The notes under the pieces are model-generated. The model had not been told where the DNA came from and ran no database searches. It was given only the letters and a program-made list of their open reading frames with translations. This document shows positions 1 to 10,891 of a stretch of DNA of 64,000 nt, one piece after another (within the stretch, counting starts at the first letter, position 1; each line of letters opens with the position of its first letter). A program made the position numbers and the translations under genes. This stretch comes from Rebecca billardiae RCC1528 (Eukaryota > Protista > Haptophyta): assembly GCA_965240325.2 (NCBI GenBank), contig OZ251228.1, forward strand, positions 2,356,001-2,420,000, read 5' to 3'.

Positions 1-3000
1 CACATCGCTCGCAGCCAGGTAGTAGCCTGCCACAGAGACCACATCATGCTGGAGGAGAGTGCCTGTGGTCACAGTGTGGCAGGCCGGGTCCCTGGCCGCT
101 ACTGCCACTTTCCAGGAGGCCGCGCGCAGCTTTGTCTCCAGTTTTGCGGCGTGCTTTGACCAATCGAGGTGGAGGGTGAGGACGTATCCGAGGTACTCAA
201 AGTGGGTGTCTGGTCCGATGGAGGGGACAGTGGCCTGCTCACCGGCTATCTCAACGCGGAGGGGGGGCAGAGGAGGCACGCCGTGCGCCCCTCTGCCCCT
301 TCCTTTCTTTGCGTGCACACACTTCGAGGGGTTGAGTGCCATGCCGTGAGCGCTGAGGAATAGTCCCAGTGCGCGCACTTGGGCGGCGCTGTCCGTCTCT
401 GACTCTGCAAGGAAAGCTATGTCGTCCATGTACCCCAAGATGCGCACCTTCAGGGAGTCTCCTGCGCCAGCGTCATGCCTGGCTGCTGGAAACGAGTATC
501 CATGGTCAGGGTGGCTGGCTGAGTAGGACGCAATGAACATGTTCATGAAGAGACAGAATTTTATGGGACTTAGCGGGCAGCCTTGCTTGCACCCACGCAG
601 TATCGGCACTTTGTCAGTGTGGCCATAGGGGGTCCTGGTGGTGGCCACAGAGTGAGCGTCCAGTCGGTCAAGTTCATCAATTAGTTGGGCGGAGAAGCCG
701 TGCAGGAAAAGGGCCTTCCTCAGCGACTCATGGGGCACTCTGTCAAAGGCCTTGCTTATATCACATGTAGTGACGTGGATCTCGGCAGAACTGGCCTTGG
801 CATGGGTCATGGCTGCCACCAGTGCCGCCACTTGGAGCTCCGGCTGCCCGTGCTTGCTCGCTGCCGCTTGTTCCGGCGAGATCAGACCCAGCTGGTCACA
901 GATCGACTGGATGCATTTCGCCCTGTGTGCTGCCGCCAGTTTGTACACAGTGCTTTGGAGTGCCACTCCCCTATAATTGTTCAGATCGTGAGGGTCCCCT
1001 TTGCCTTTGTAGAAGTAGGCAAGCTCTGCGTCTTTGAGGTGGGCTGGTACAGCCGCTGCGCGGAGGATTGTGTTGACGATGTTGACCAAGATGCCTTCAA
1101 AGGCTTTGTTGATCTTTATCAAGAGTTTCAACGCGCATACTTGGATCCCGTCCAAACCAGGGGCAGCGTTCGAGTCAGCTTTTGCCAGGAGGGAGCGCAG
1201 GCCTTCCAGGTCCAGCAGGGAGCTTTCCAGCGCTCGCTGGGCCGGAGTCCATCTGCTTCGGATCTCTTCCCAGACTGCTTCATTTGTATCCTCAATGGCA
1301 GGCCCCTGCCTGCAGCTCGGCGCTGTCCCCACGTTGTTCGCCGTGTGCGCCTCTGCGTAGCGTTTGATTTTGCTTGGGTCGGAGGTAATTTTCCCACTGC
1401 CAGCGTCCAGGTCATTGAGCATCATCATCTCGAATCCAGCATGGTTTGATTTGGGGAAGAGCATTTTGCGAAAGTGGCGGGTGCATTTCCTCCGCATGTC
1501 GTCTTGGATTTTTCTCGTCCTGTCCTTGGCAAGAGTGTCCTCGTGCTCGCGCTGCAGGAGCTCGTATTCATTTTGGTGCAAGGCTTGTCGTGCTTTCAGT
1601 TCCGACAGCCACTGTGCTGTCGAGGCGGGCCCAGCCTGGTAGATGGCCTCCAGGGTGGGGAAAGGCAAGCCGAGCAGCTGGGGCATACCCTCAGGGGGGA
1701 CGTTTGCGGTAGTCAGTGCCGATTCATAACTGTCCAGTGCTTTTGCCAGGCGCACCGGCTCCGCAAGTCGCCCATGCCTGCTGTGGCTGCTGTACCTGAA
1801 GCCTGTGTGCACTTCCCCATGCTGCTCGCTAGCACCTGGGCGGATTTGCTGCAGCCTGGTGATCACTGCGACCTGGCGGCGGTACGCATTCCCCAGTTTG
1901 AAATCCCTGAGGGCATTCGGCGCGATCGCTTTGGGGGCCCGCCTGCCAGGGGCTACTGTGGTCTCCCGTGGCTGCTGGCTGGAGTCGAGTGCAGACGTGA
2001 CTCTGTCAGTTGCTACGGAGGCGAGCCACTCCAGGACGGCAGGGAGGGCTTCCTCCATGTCGCTCACCACTTGTGGCTGAGCTGCAGTAATCGTCGCAAC
2101 TGGGGCTGCGAACAGGTGTGCATGGGTGTGGATGTCGTCCAGCCGCCTGATGTCGCTCTCTACGGGGTCGGATAGTGCGGCTTTGAGTTCCTTGACCGTC
2201 TCTCCGTGTGCCAGGTTGATGTAGAACCTGTATGGCCTGTAGAGCTCGTGGACCACCGGCCTGGTGGCCCCCCGCAGCTTGTGCAGTGGGATTCTACCCT
2301 GGAGAAAATGGTGGGTGCTCCCGTCCCCGTTGGGGAGCGCAGGGATGCATGCGTCCTCCAGGAGAGGGTCCGAGTGCCAAAAGTGTTGCGTTAGCTCTGC
2401 CATGTTGGTGAATATGTAGTCCAGTCGGGCCAGGGTGTTGCCACTCGAGTGGGTGTATTCTGTGGCAGGGTTGAAACTGCCGGTTGGTTTCATGTTGTGA
2501 AGGTCAGTCACTGTCTCCATGGCCGCTTTGAAATCCCCTGGTCGGTGAGCGGTGAACGCGCGTGTTGTGTCGAGCCGCCTAAGTGCCTCGCCGACCTCCC
2601 AAGTGCCATTGGCGTCCCCTCCTGCAAGCCTGAGGAGGTCTTGTCGGCCCGTGTGTAGCGGGGTGCCCGTGCGGAGGACTTCTGTTACCCATGGCAGTAT
2701 AGTTGCTCTGTTGCGGTTACTGTGAGGGGGGATGTAGAAGGATGTGGCCTCCACCACAAAGCTGGTACCCCTGGCGGTGGTGAAAACCAGGCGCCCCTGG
2801 AGCATGTATCCGGCAGTGTCCTGGCCGCCTTCAGTGCCGCTGCGGGTCACCTCCAGCCTGGAGAGAGGCAGCCTGCCATCCTTCCGCACTGCTATTGCCA
2901 CTCCTCTGCCTGAGCACGAGTTGGGGGGCATTGGGTCGTGGTAGGTCGTATAGCCACTAAGGATGTCCTGAGTGGCTTTGTCTCTAGTGAGCGCGGTCTC

Positions 3001-3213
3001 TTGGAGCAGAACAATGTCCCAGCGCTTGGTGTCCAGGATGCTCTGCAGTCTTGCCCTGCGTGTCAAGCCTGCCATGCCCCCTACGTTCCCACAGGCGATT
3101 GTGAGCGAACGTTCCTCAGCCCTGTTGCCTGGGCCCCTCGCCTGTGGCCTTCCCGCTGCAGCTTGCTCACTTGTCTGCCTGGCAGTGCCAGCCTGGCGAT
3201 GCCCCTGAATCAT
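1..3213 (-). CDS. Non-LTR retrotransposon (LINE) ORF2: AP endonuclease + reverse transcriptase, 3' end beyond window start
   Basis: Manual translation from ATG at 3213 gives APE motifs LTIACGNVGG, DIVLLQET, SFYIPP, GGDAN and ARLDYIF, and RT motifs APGLDGI, CDISKAFDRVPH, GCKQGCPLSP, LGYMDD (Y codon 432-430, same frame as the ATG) and FEYLGY. The ORF is absent from the track, consistent with no stop before the window edge. Confidence 0.96.
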   Translation of the reverse strand, partial: MIQGHRQAGTARQTSEQAAAGRPQARGPGNRAEERSLTIACGNVGGMAGLTRRARLQSILDTKRWDIVLLQETALTRDKATQDILSGYTTYHDPMPPNSCSGRGVAIAVRKDGRLPLSRLEVTRSGTEGGQDTAGYMLQGRLVFTTARGTSFVVEATSFYIPPHSNRNRATILPWVTEVLRTGTPLHTGRQDLLRLAGGDANGTWEVGEALRRLDTTRAFTAHRPGDFKAAMETVTDLHNMKPTGSFNPATEYTHSSGNTLARLDYIFTNMAELTQHFWHSDPLLEDACIPALPNGDGSTHHFLQGRIPLHKLRGATRPVVHELYRPYRFYINLAHGETVKELKAALSDPVESDIRRLDDIHTHAHLFAAPVATITAAQPQVVSDMEEALPAVLEWLASVATDRVTSALDSSQQPRETTVAPGRRAPKAIAPNALRDFKLGNAYRRQVAVITRLQQIRPGASEQHGEVHTGFRYSSHSRHGRLAEPVRLAKALDSYESALTTANVPPEGMPQLLGLPFPTLEAIYQAGPASTAQWLSELKARQALHQNEYELLQREHEDTLAKDRTRKIQDDMRRKCTRHFRKMLFPKSNHAGFEMMMLNDLDAGSGKITSDPSKIKRYAEAHTANNVGTAPSCRQGPAIEDTNEAVWEEIRSRWTPAQRALESSLLDLEGLRSLLAKADSNAAPGLDGIQVCALKLLIKINKAFEGILVNIVNTILRAAAVPAHLKDAELAYFYKGKGDPHDLNNYRGVALQSTVYKLAAAHRAKCIQSICDQLGLISPEQAAASKHGQPELQVAALVAAMTHAKASSAEIHVTTCDISKAFDRVPHESLRKALFLHGFSAQLIDELDRLDAHSVATTRTPYGHTDKVPILRGCKQGCPLSPIKFCLFMNMFIASYSASHPDHGYSFPAARHDAGAGDSLKVRILGYMDDIAFLAESETDSAAQVRALGLFLSAHGMALNPSKCVHAKKGRGRGAHGVPPLPPLRVEIAGEQATVPSIGPDTHFEYLGYVLTLHLDWSKHAAKLETKLRAASWKVAVAARDPACHTVTTGTLLQHDVVSVAGYYLAASDV

Positions 3214-3659
3214 TTTGGCACCGGTCGGGGTGTGGGCTGCTGCCGATCACTGTTGTGGTATGGGGGCTGGGCGCACTGCGCGTCCGCGTGGCCTGGTCTG
3301 CTGGGCTGTGAGAGCACTGCTACCCTGCTGGCGGTGTGCTGCAGAAGCTTGCGCCCATAGGCCAGCACTGTACGCCTGGTTACCGGCAGTGCTGTCCGGT
3401 GGTAGGGCATAGTGCGGCGCAGTGGCACATGCCTTGCTGTTGGTGGTGCTGTGTTGCCCTTAGGCCGCTGCCTGGGCAATCTTGATGGATCGACCGATGC
3501 ACCTGGTGCCGGCCGGGCTTGGGCGATGTGACGATTTCGATGCCTGCAAGTCTTCCTCCTACTCTTCCTCCTACTACTACTAGTGCTGCCTTTTCGCAGT
3601 CGTCCGGCCCGTCGCAGATGCGCAGGGCAGGTGCGTGAACGTGCTCTGGTGCTGCACAT
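3210..3659 (-). CDS. Short Arg-rich ORF upstream of LINE ORF2 (putative or truncated ORF1)
   Basis: 149-aa basic ORF whose TGA (3212-3210) overlaps the ORF2 ATG (3213-3211) as ATGA. No recognisable domain. Confidence 0.45.
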   Translation of the reverse strand: MCSTRARSRTCPAHLRRAGRLRKGSTSSSRRKSRRKTCRHRNRHIAQARPAPGASVDPSRLPRQRPKGNTAPPTARHVPLRRTMPYHRTALPVTRRTVLAYGRKLLQHTASRVAVLSQPSRPGHADAQCAQPPYHNSDRQQPTPRPVPK

Positions 3660-3669
3660 GACCGGTTGG

Positions 3670-3742
3670 TTATCTCAGCCCGGGCCGATTTAAGCGCTTA
3701 AATCGGCCCGGGCTGAGATAAGCTTAAATCGGCCCGGGCTGA
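3670..3742. repeat. Perfect 52-bp palindrome plus a third arm copy
   Basis: ttatctcagcccgggccgatttaagc (3670-3695) is the exact reverse complement of gcttaaatcggcccgggctgagataa (3696-3721). gcttaaatcggcccgggctga is repeated at 3722-3742. Confidence 0.95.
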
Positions 3743-3862
3743 TTTAGCGCTGCCGGGCGCCGGACCGGGTCCGCACCGGACAGTCTGAGCCGTCCGGTGA
3801 TCCTCGCGCAGCAAGCCAAAGAACAAGCCGAGCGCGCGAAAGATTTGAACCGCCGTTCACCA

Positions 3863-6800
3863 ATGCCGGGCACGCTGCCCGTGGACGAGCTCGGCCGGCA
3901 GCAGCTGCGCGAACGCGCGCGGCGTGCCAAGGCCAACCTGCGCGCGGCGCCGGCTGGCGTCAATCGCCTGCCGGCGACGTACCAGCTCGAGACCGCCGCG
4001 CGCCTCGCCGGTGCGGGCCTCGTCGACAGTACCGGCCTTCCGCCGGCCGCGCGCGCTCGTTCGCGCGCAGCCGTCGCGCTCGCGGCGGAGCTCGAGCTGG
4101 AGAAGACGCGGCACGCCGAGCACGTGCAAGATGCGCACGTGAAGCTCCTCACCACCGAGATCGGCGGGCTCGAGGCCTGGCTGCACGCGGCCGGCGTGGG
4201 CGCGCGCTCGGCCGCGCGGCGAGCGGAGCGCGCCGAGACAGAGGCGGAGACGCTGCGCCTCGAGCTCGTGACGGCGCGGCGCGAGCACGCGCGCGAGGTG
4301 CGCGAGCTGCAGGTGCAGCTCGGCCAGACAGAGGCGGCGCGCGCCGAGCTCGTCGATCGGGCGGACTCGCTGCGCGGCGCGAGCGCCGATCAGCCGCCGC
4401 CCGACGCGGTCGAGGAGGCTGCGGCGGCGTCGGACGCAGAGTCGCCATCGCACGTGGGCAGCCGGCTGGCGCACGCGCTGCAGCGGGACCGGGCGCAGCG
4501 GCGCGAGCTCGAGAGCGCGCTGCGCGCCGCCGAGGCGTCGAACGCCAAGCTCGCCGCCGAGTGCGCCGCCGCGCACGCCGAGCTCGCGCGCGCGCGCTCG
4601 GATGCGCGCAGGCTTGCGTCAGCGGCCGCGCCCGCGCCCTCGGCCGACGGGGCGAGTGCGGAGCGGGTGCGCAGCGAGGAGCAGCGCACGATCGAGGCGC
4701 TTCGCGCGGAGCTGAGCGAGCTCGGCCTGGCCAACGTCTCGCTGCGCGCCGCCGCCGCCGACGCGAGCGCGCTCGCCGCGGGCGAAGGGCGGCTGCGCGC
4801 GGCCGCGGACGCGCGCGCAGAGGCGCAGGCGTCGCGGCTGGAGCGCGCGCGCGCCGAGGCGGAGGCGGCGCTCGAGGCGGAGCGGCGGGCGCGTGCGCAG
4901 GCCGAGGACGACGTGTCTCGGCTGGAGCGCGCGCGCGCCGCGGCGGAGGCGGCGCTCGAGGCGGAGCGCCGCGCGCTCGAGCGCGCATCGGCGGAGGCGG
5001 AGGCGGCGCGTGCCGCGGCGGCCCCGTCTGAGCAGCCAAACGCTCGCCCCGCCGGCCAGGGCGTGGGCAGCGCCTGGGCGCGTGAGGGCTGCGCAAGCAC
5101 GACGACGAGCGCGATCGGCGCGGCATGCACCGCCACCGCCGGCTCGCACCGAGCCGCTGAGCTCGCGGGCGCGGGCACGGGCGCGGGCGAGCACAGCCTG
5201 GTCGACAGCTCGACGCAGCACACGCCCAGCCCGGCGCTCGGCCGCGCGGCGCAGGCGGAGCCGTGCGTGGCGTCGGTTGGCGCGCAGGCGGCACCGAGCG
5301 CGGTGGAGCACGCGGCGCAGGGCACGCCGCCGCTCCTGCTCGGCCGCGCGACGCAGGCGGCCGCGGACATGGCGTCGGCCGGCGCGCAGGCGGCCGCCAC
5401 CGCCGTCGAGCGCTCGGCGCAGCGCACGCCGACACACGGCGTGGGCTGCGCGACCCAGGCAGAGCCGTGCGTGGCGTCGGCTGGCGCGCAGGCGGCACCG
5501 AGCGCGGTGGAGCGCGCGGCGCAGCGCACGCCGACGCACGGCGTCGAGCGCGAGGCGCAGGCGAGCGCGGCCCTCGCGTCGGCCGGCGCGCAGGCCGCCC
5601 CGACCGCCATGGAGGCGTGCACGCAGCGCACACCCGTGCACTGCGTGGCGCGCGGGCAGCAGGCGAGCCAGCCAGCGCGCAGCAGCGCGGGCGTGCAGGC
5701 GGTGGTGCGCACGGCGGACGGCTGGTGCCAGGGGCGCACGCCCGCGCGGCTCGAGTCGCGCGCGCAGCAGTCGGCGCGCGCGCCGCTCGCGCACGCCGCG
5801 ACGCAGGCGGGCGCGCCCACGGTCGAGCAGGCGGTACAGGCGTCGCGCGGCGCGGCCGTCGACGCGAGCGCGCAGGCGGGAGGCGACGCGGCGCGCGCGC
5901 ACGCGGCCGTGCAGTCGGCCGCGCCGAGCGCGCACGCCGGCTCGCAGGGCGAGGCGCGGGCGGTGCGCACGGCCACGCGCGCCGCGCAGGCCGCCGCGCC
6001 GCCCGCCATGCCGCAGGGCACGCAGACGTCGCCCGCGGCTGCGCCCTCGCTGGCGGGCGCCGAGCGCGCGCCGCCGCGGCCGCCGCCGAGTCCGACACGC
6101 GCGGACGCGGCGGCGGCGCACGGCGTGGTTCCCGGCACTCCCGCCGGCGGCGGAGGCGCGGCGGTGGGCACGCCGACCAAGCGGCGAATCGCCCTCGACC
6201 CCTCTGCGCCCGCCGCCGCCACCGCCGCCACCGACTCACCAAGCGCTGCAGCCGTGATGGGCGGCGCGTTGTGCGGCCGTGTGGCGCAGCTGGAGTCGGA
6301 GATCAGCATGGCGGCGTACCGCTTCCGGGTGGCGGAGAAGGCGTACGCGCAGGCGGACGCGGCGCGGCGCGCGTCGGAGCGCGCGGAGGAGCACGCGCTC
6401 GCGCGCGCGCTCGAGGCGTCCGAGCGCGCGCAGCGCAGCGACGACGCGCGCGCGCGCGCCGAGGCGGAGGCGGCGCGCGCGCGCGCCGACGCGGCTCGCG
6501 CGGAGGAGGCGCGCGCTGCGGCGGCGGCGGGCGCGGCGGCGGCGGCGGCGGGCGTGGGCGCGCAGCCCGACACGCCGCCGGCGGTGCTGCGCGCCGCCGA
6601 GCTGCGCGCGCCGCTCGACGCGCGCGCCGCGGAGACGCACGCGGCGCAGCAGGCGGCGGCCGAGGCGCGGCGCGCGGCCGCGGACGCGACGGCGCGCGCC
6701 GGCGCGGCCGAGGCGGCGGCGGCCGGCGCGGCGCGCGCGCTCGCGGACGCGCGCGCGCAGCTCGACGCGCGCGCGCACGAGCGCGCGGCGGACTCCCAGC

Positions 6801-8002
6801 TGCGCACCGAGCTGGCGAGTGCGGAGCTCGCCGCCGCAGCCGCGCGGGACGCCGCCGCCGCGCGCGAGGGCTCGCTCCAGAGTGTGATCCGAGCGCTCAG
6901 CGCCGAGCTCGAGCGCGCGCGGCACGCGGCCGGCGCGTGTCAGCGCGAGGCGGAGGCGGCGGCGGCGGCGCGCGAGGGCGGCGCGGCGGTGGCGAGCGCG
7001 CGCGCGGCGGCGGAGGGCGCGCAGCACTCCCGCCGCGAGGCCGACGCCGAGCGGCTGCGCGCCGCCGCGCAGCGCGCCGCGCGCGAGGCGAGTGCGCTCG
7101 CTCTGTCTGTGGCTGCGGAGGGCGCGCGCGCGGACGCGGCCGCGGACGAGGCGCGCGCCGCGCGCGCCGACGCGCTCGCGGCGCGCGCGGCGCACGCGGA
7201 CGCGCTCGCGGCGGGCACGGCGCGCGCGGAGCAGGCGGCGCGCGCCGAGGCGAGCGTGCGCGCGCTCGGCGCCGCCCTCGCCGACGCGGACGCGCACGCG
7301 CGCGCGCTCGGCGCAGCGGCCGCCGACACGTCGTCCGCCGCCGCCGACGCGGACGCCGCCGCGGCCGAGCGCGAGGCGGGGCTGCGCACGGCGGTGGCGG
7401 ACGCGCAGGCGGACGGCGCGTCCGCAGCGGCGCGGCAGTACGCGGCCGAGCGCGACGCCGAGCTCGCGCGCGCGCGCGAGGCCGAGGCGCACGAGCGCGC
7501 CGACGGCGCGGAGCGCGCGGCCGCGCGCGCCGCCGACGCGGCCGCGCGCGCCGTCGCCGACGCGGACGCGCGCGCCGCGCGCACCGACGCCGCCTACGAG
7601 GCTGAGGCGCGCGCGCTGGGCGTGCGGCTTGGCGCGCTGGAGGACGAGCGCGCCGCCGCGGCGGCGCGCGCGGCGGACGCCGAGTGGGCCGTCGGCGCCG
7701 TCTCGCGCCTCGAGGCGGAGGCGGCGGGCGCGCGCTCGCACGCCGCGGCCGCGGCCGCCGAGCGCGCCGCGCTGCGCGCCGCGCTGTGCGCCGCGCTCGC
7801 CGACGCGGACGCGGGCGCCGAGGCGGCCGGCGCCGCGCGCGTGGGCGCGGAGCGCGCGCGCGCGGAGGCCGAGGCGCGCGCGGAGGCGTCGCACGCCGCC
7901 GCGGCCGACGCGGAGGCGCGCGCGCGCCGCGCCGAGGCTGTGGCGAGCGCGGCGCGCGCCGCGCTCGCCGACGCCGATGCGGAGATGACTGCGGCGAGTG
8001 GC

Positions 8003-8033
<31 letters not shown>

Positions 8034-10851
8034 AGGCCGGCGCGGAGGCGTCCGCGGCGGTGGGCGCGGCGAGGGCGGAGACGGGGGCGGCCGGGGCGCG
8101 CGAGGCAGCCGCGGCGGCGCGCGAGGCGGCGGCGCTCGCCGCTCTCGCGGACGCGGACGCCGACGCGGCCGACGCGCGCGCCAGCGCGGCCGCGGCAGCG
8201 CAGGCGCGCGCGGCCGCGGCCGCGCGCGCGGCCGCAAGCGACGCCGCAGCAGCCGCGGACGCGCGCGCGGCCGCGGAGGCGCGAGAGGCCGCGGCCGCCG
8301 CGCGCGAGCGGGCCGACGCGGCGGTCGCGCCCTCGGCGGCGACGGCGGCGGTCCCCCAAGCGGCCGCCGCCTCGCAGACGGACGGCGCGTGGCAGGGGCC
8401 CTCTGCCGCGGCCTCGGCTCCCACCATCGCCATCGCCCAAGCGCCGGGCGCGGCGGGTCGCGCGCCTGTGAGTGGCGGCGCCGAGCGCGCGGCGGCGGCG
8501 GCGGCAGCGGAGCGCGCGCTCGGCGCGGCGCTGGCGGAGGCGGAGCTCGAGTCGGTCGCGCACGCGCGCGCGCTCGGCGACGCGCTCGCGCTCGCCGCCG
8601 AGGCCGAGCGCTCGGCGCGCGCGGCGAGCGCGCGCGCGGCGGAGGCGGAGGCGGAGGTCGCGCGCGTCGCTGCCGAGCGCTCGGCCGCGCGTCCGCGGCG
8701 CGCGAGCGGCGGGGCTCCGGCGCCCGCGCGCACGCCGCCGTCACGCGCGGAGCACGCCGCGTCGACGCCCGTGTCGCGCAGCGCCGCCGCCGTGCCCGCC
8801 TCCGGCACGTCGGAGGCGAGCGCGCGCGCCGCCGCGCGCGCTCGGTTCGAGCACGCGCGCGCGCGCTGGGGCGAGGCCGGCGCGGCGGGCGCGAGCGGCG
8901 GCAGCAGCGCGCTCGGCGGCGGCGGCGCGCGCGGCACGGAGGGCGGCGCGCAGCCGACGGAGGGCAGCGCGCGCTCGGGCCGCACGGCCTCTCCGCTGCT
9001 CCGCACCGCGAGCCCTGAGCCGCACGCGCCGGGCTCAGCGTGGACGGCGCGCGGCGCCCTGCGCTTCGACCACCTCGGCGACGGCGACGGCGCCGATGCG
9101 GGCGCGGGCGCGGGCGCGGGCGCGGCGCGGGCGGCGCGCGTGTACGCGACGGCGGGTGCGCCGGCGAGCGGCGCGGGCGGCGGCGCGGACGGCGTGAGCG
9201 CCGACTCGGCCGCCGGCTCTGTGGGGTGCGGCGGCGCGGGCACGACCGCCTCCGCCTCCGCCACCGCCGCCGCGCCGCCGCGCTCGGCCTCGCCGCGCGC
9301 GCCCCGCTCGCGCCTCTCCACGGCCACCGCGACGCCGCTGCCGTCGCCCTCGCGCCGCCGGCTGGCTGGCGAGCTGAGCGCGCTGCGCGACGAGGCGGCG
9401 GCGCGCGCGGACGCGCTCGCGGACGCGGACGCGGCGCGCGCGCACGCCGACGCCGCGGCCGGCGCCGCCGCGCACGCCGCCGCCTCGGCGCTCGCGCGCG
9501 CGGATGAGGCGGCGGCGCAGACGGCGCGCGCAGAGGGCGCGGCGCGCGCGGAGGCGGCGCGCGCCGACGCGGAGGCCGCGCGCGCGGCCGCGCTCGAGCG
9601 AGAGCGCGACGCGGCGGCGGCGGTGGCGGAGGCGGCGCGCGCCGACGCGCGCGCCGCGGCCGAGCGCGCCGCCGCCTCCGCCGCCAAGCTGCGCACCCTC
9701 GACGCGCTGAGCGAGCGGTTGAGCGCGCTGCTCGAGCGCTGCGAGGCGCGCGCGGCCGCGGGCGACGCGCGCGCCGGGGCGCTTGCGCGCGCGCTCGCGG
9801 ACGCGGACGGCGCGCTGTCCGAGGTGGGGCACGCGCGCGGCGCGGCGGCGCGCGGCGCGGAGGCGGCGCGCGCGCGCGGCCGCGCCGAGGCGGCCGCGCT
9901 CAGCCGCGAGCTCGCCGCCGTCGAGACCGCGGCGGCGGCGGCGGGGTCGCGCGGCCGCGCCGAGTGCGCCGCGCTGGCGCTCGAGCTCGCGCGCACCGAG
10001 GGCGCGCACGCGCGCGCGCTCGGCGCGTGCGCCGCGCTCGAGGGCGTGGTGGCGAGCGCGGACGCGGCGCGGCGCGCGGCAGTGGTGGAGGTGGGCGCCG
10101 CGCTGGGCGCGATGCGCCGCGAGTGGGCGCGCGACGAGGAGGCCGCGGCGGAGGAGGCGGCGGACGCGCACGCGGACGCTGCTTTTGGGCTGCCGCCCAG
10201 TCCGTGCGAGCGCGCGGTCGACACCGACACCGACGGCCGCCGCGGCGGGCACGAGGAGCGCGGGGGCGACGGCGAGGGCGCTGCGCGCGCTCTCCGCCGC
10301 GGCCGCGCTCCCGCCGCCGCCGCGCTCGGCGCGCTCGCCTCGCCGCCGTGGCCACTGCAGCTGTCTGCCGCGCGCGCGGCCGACGGCGCCGGCCCCGCGG
10401 CCGCGTCGCCGCCGCTGCCGCTGCCATCGCCGCGCGAGCAGCACACGGCCGCGGCTGTAGGGCTCGCGCCCTCGCCGCCCGCGCTGCCCTCGCCCCTGCA
10501 CGCGCACGGCGGCGCGTCCGGCGGGGAGCCACCCGAGCCCTCGCCGCCGCGCGACGGCGCGGGCGCGCGGGTGGCCGCCGACGTCGCGGCGGGCGCGATT
10601 CGCGGCGCCGCGGCGCTCCGCGCGCTGGCCGGGGGCGCGGCCGCGTCGCCGCCCGCCGCGGGCGTGCAAGCCGGCGCCCACGCGTGGGGCTCGGACTCGG
10701 CGGCGGCTCGCTCGGGCGTGCGTGCGCAGCCCGAGTCCCAGGAATGGCGCAGCGAGCGCGGCAGCGAGCTCAGCTTCTCGCCGTTCAGAGCGCTGCTGCT
10801 CACACCCGCACTGCACGCACTCGAGCAGCAGCAGCAGCAGCAGCAGCAGCC

Positions 10852-10891
<40 letters not shown>

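Larger units (their letters stand above)
1..3669 (-). mobile_element. LINE retrotransposon (partial)
   Basis: APE+RT ORF, visibly lower GC and fewer GCGC runs than flanking host genes. The 5' boundary is placed approximately at the palindrome at 3670. Confidence 0.9.

Noticed and set aside
685-3412. Plus-strand ORFs over the LINE
   Set aside because: Antisense to the APE-RT ORF with no independent coding signal.
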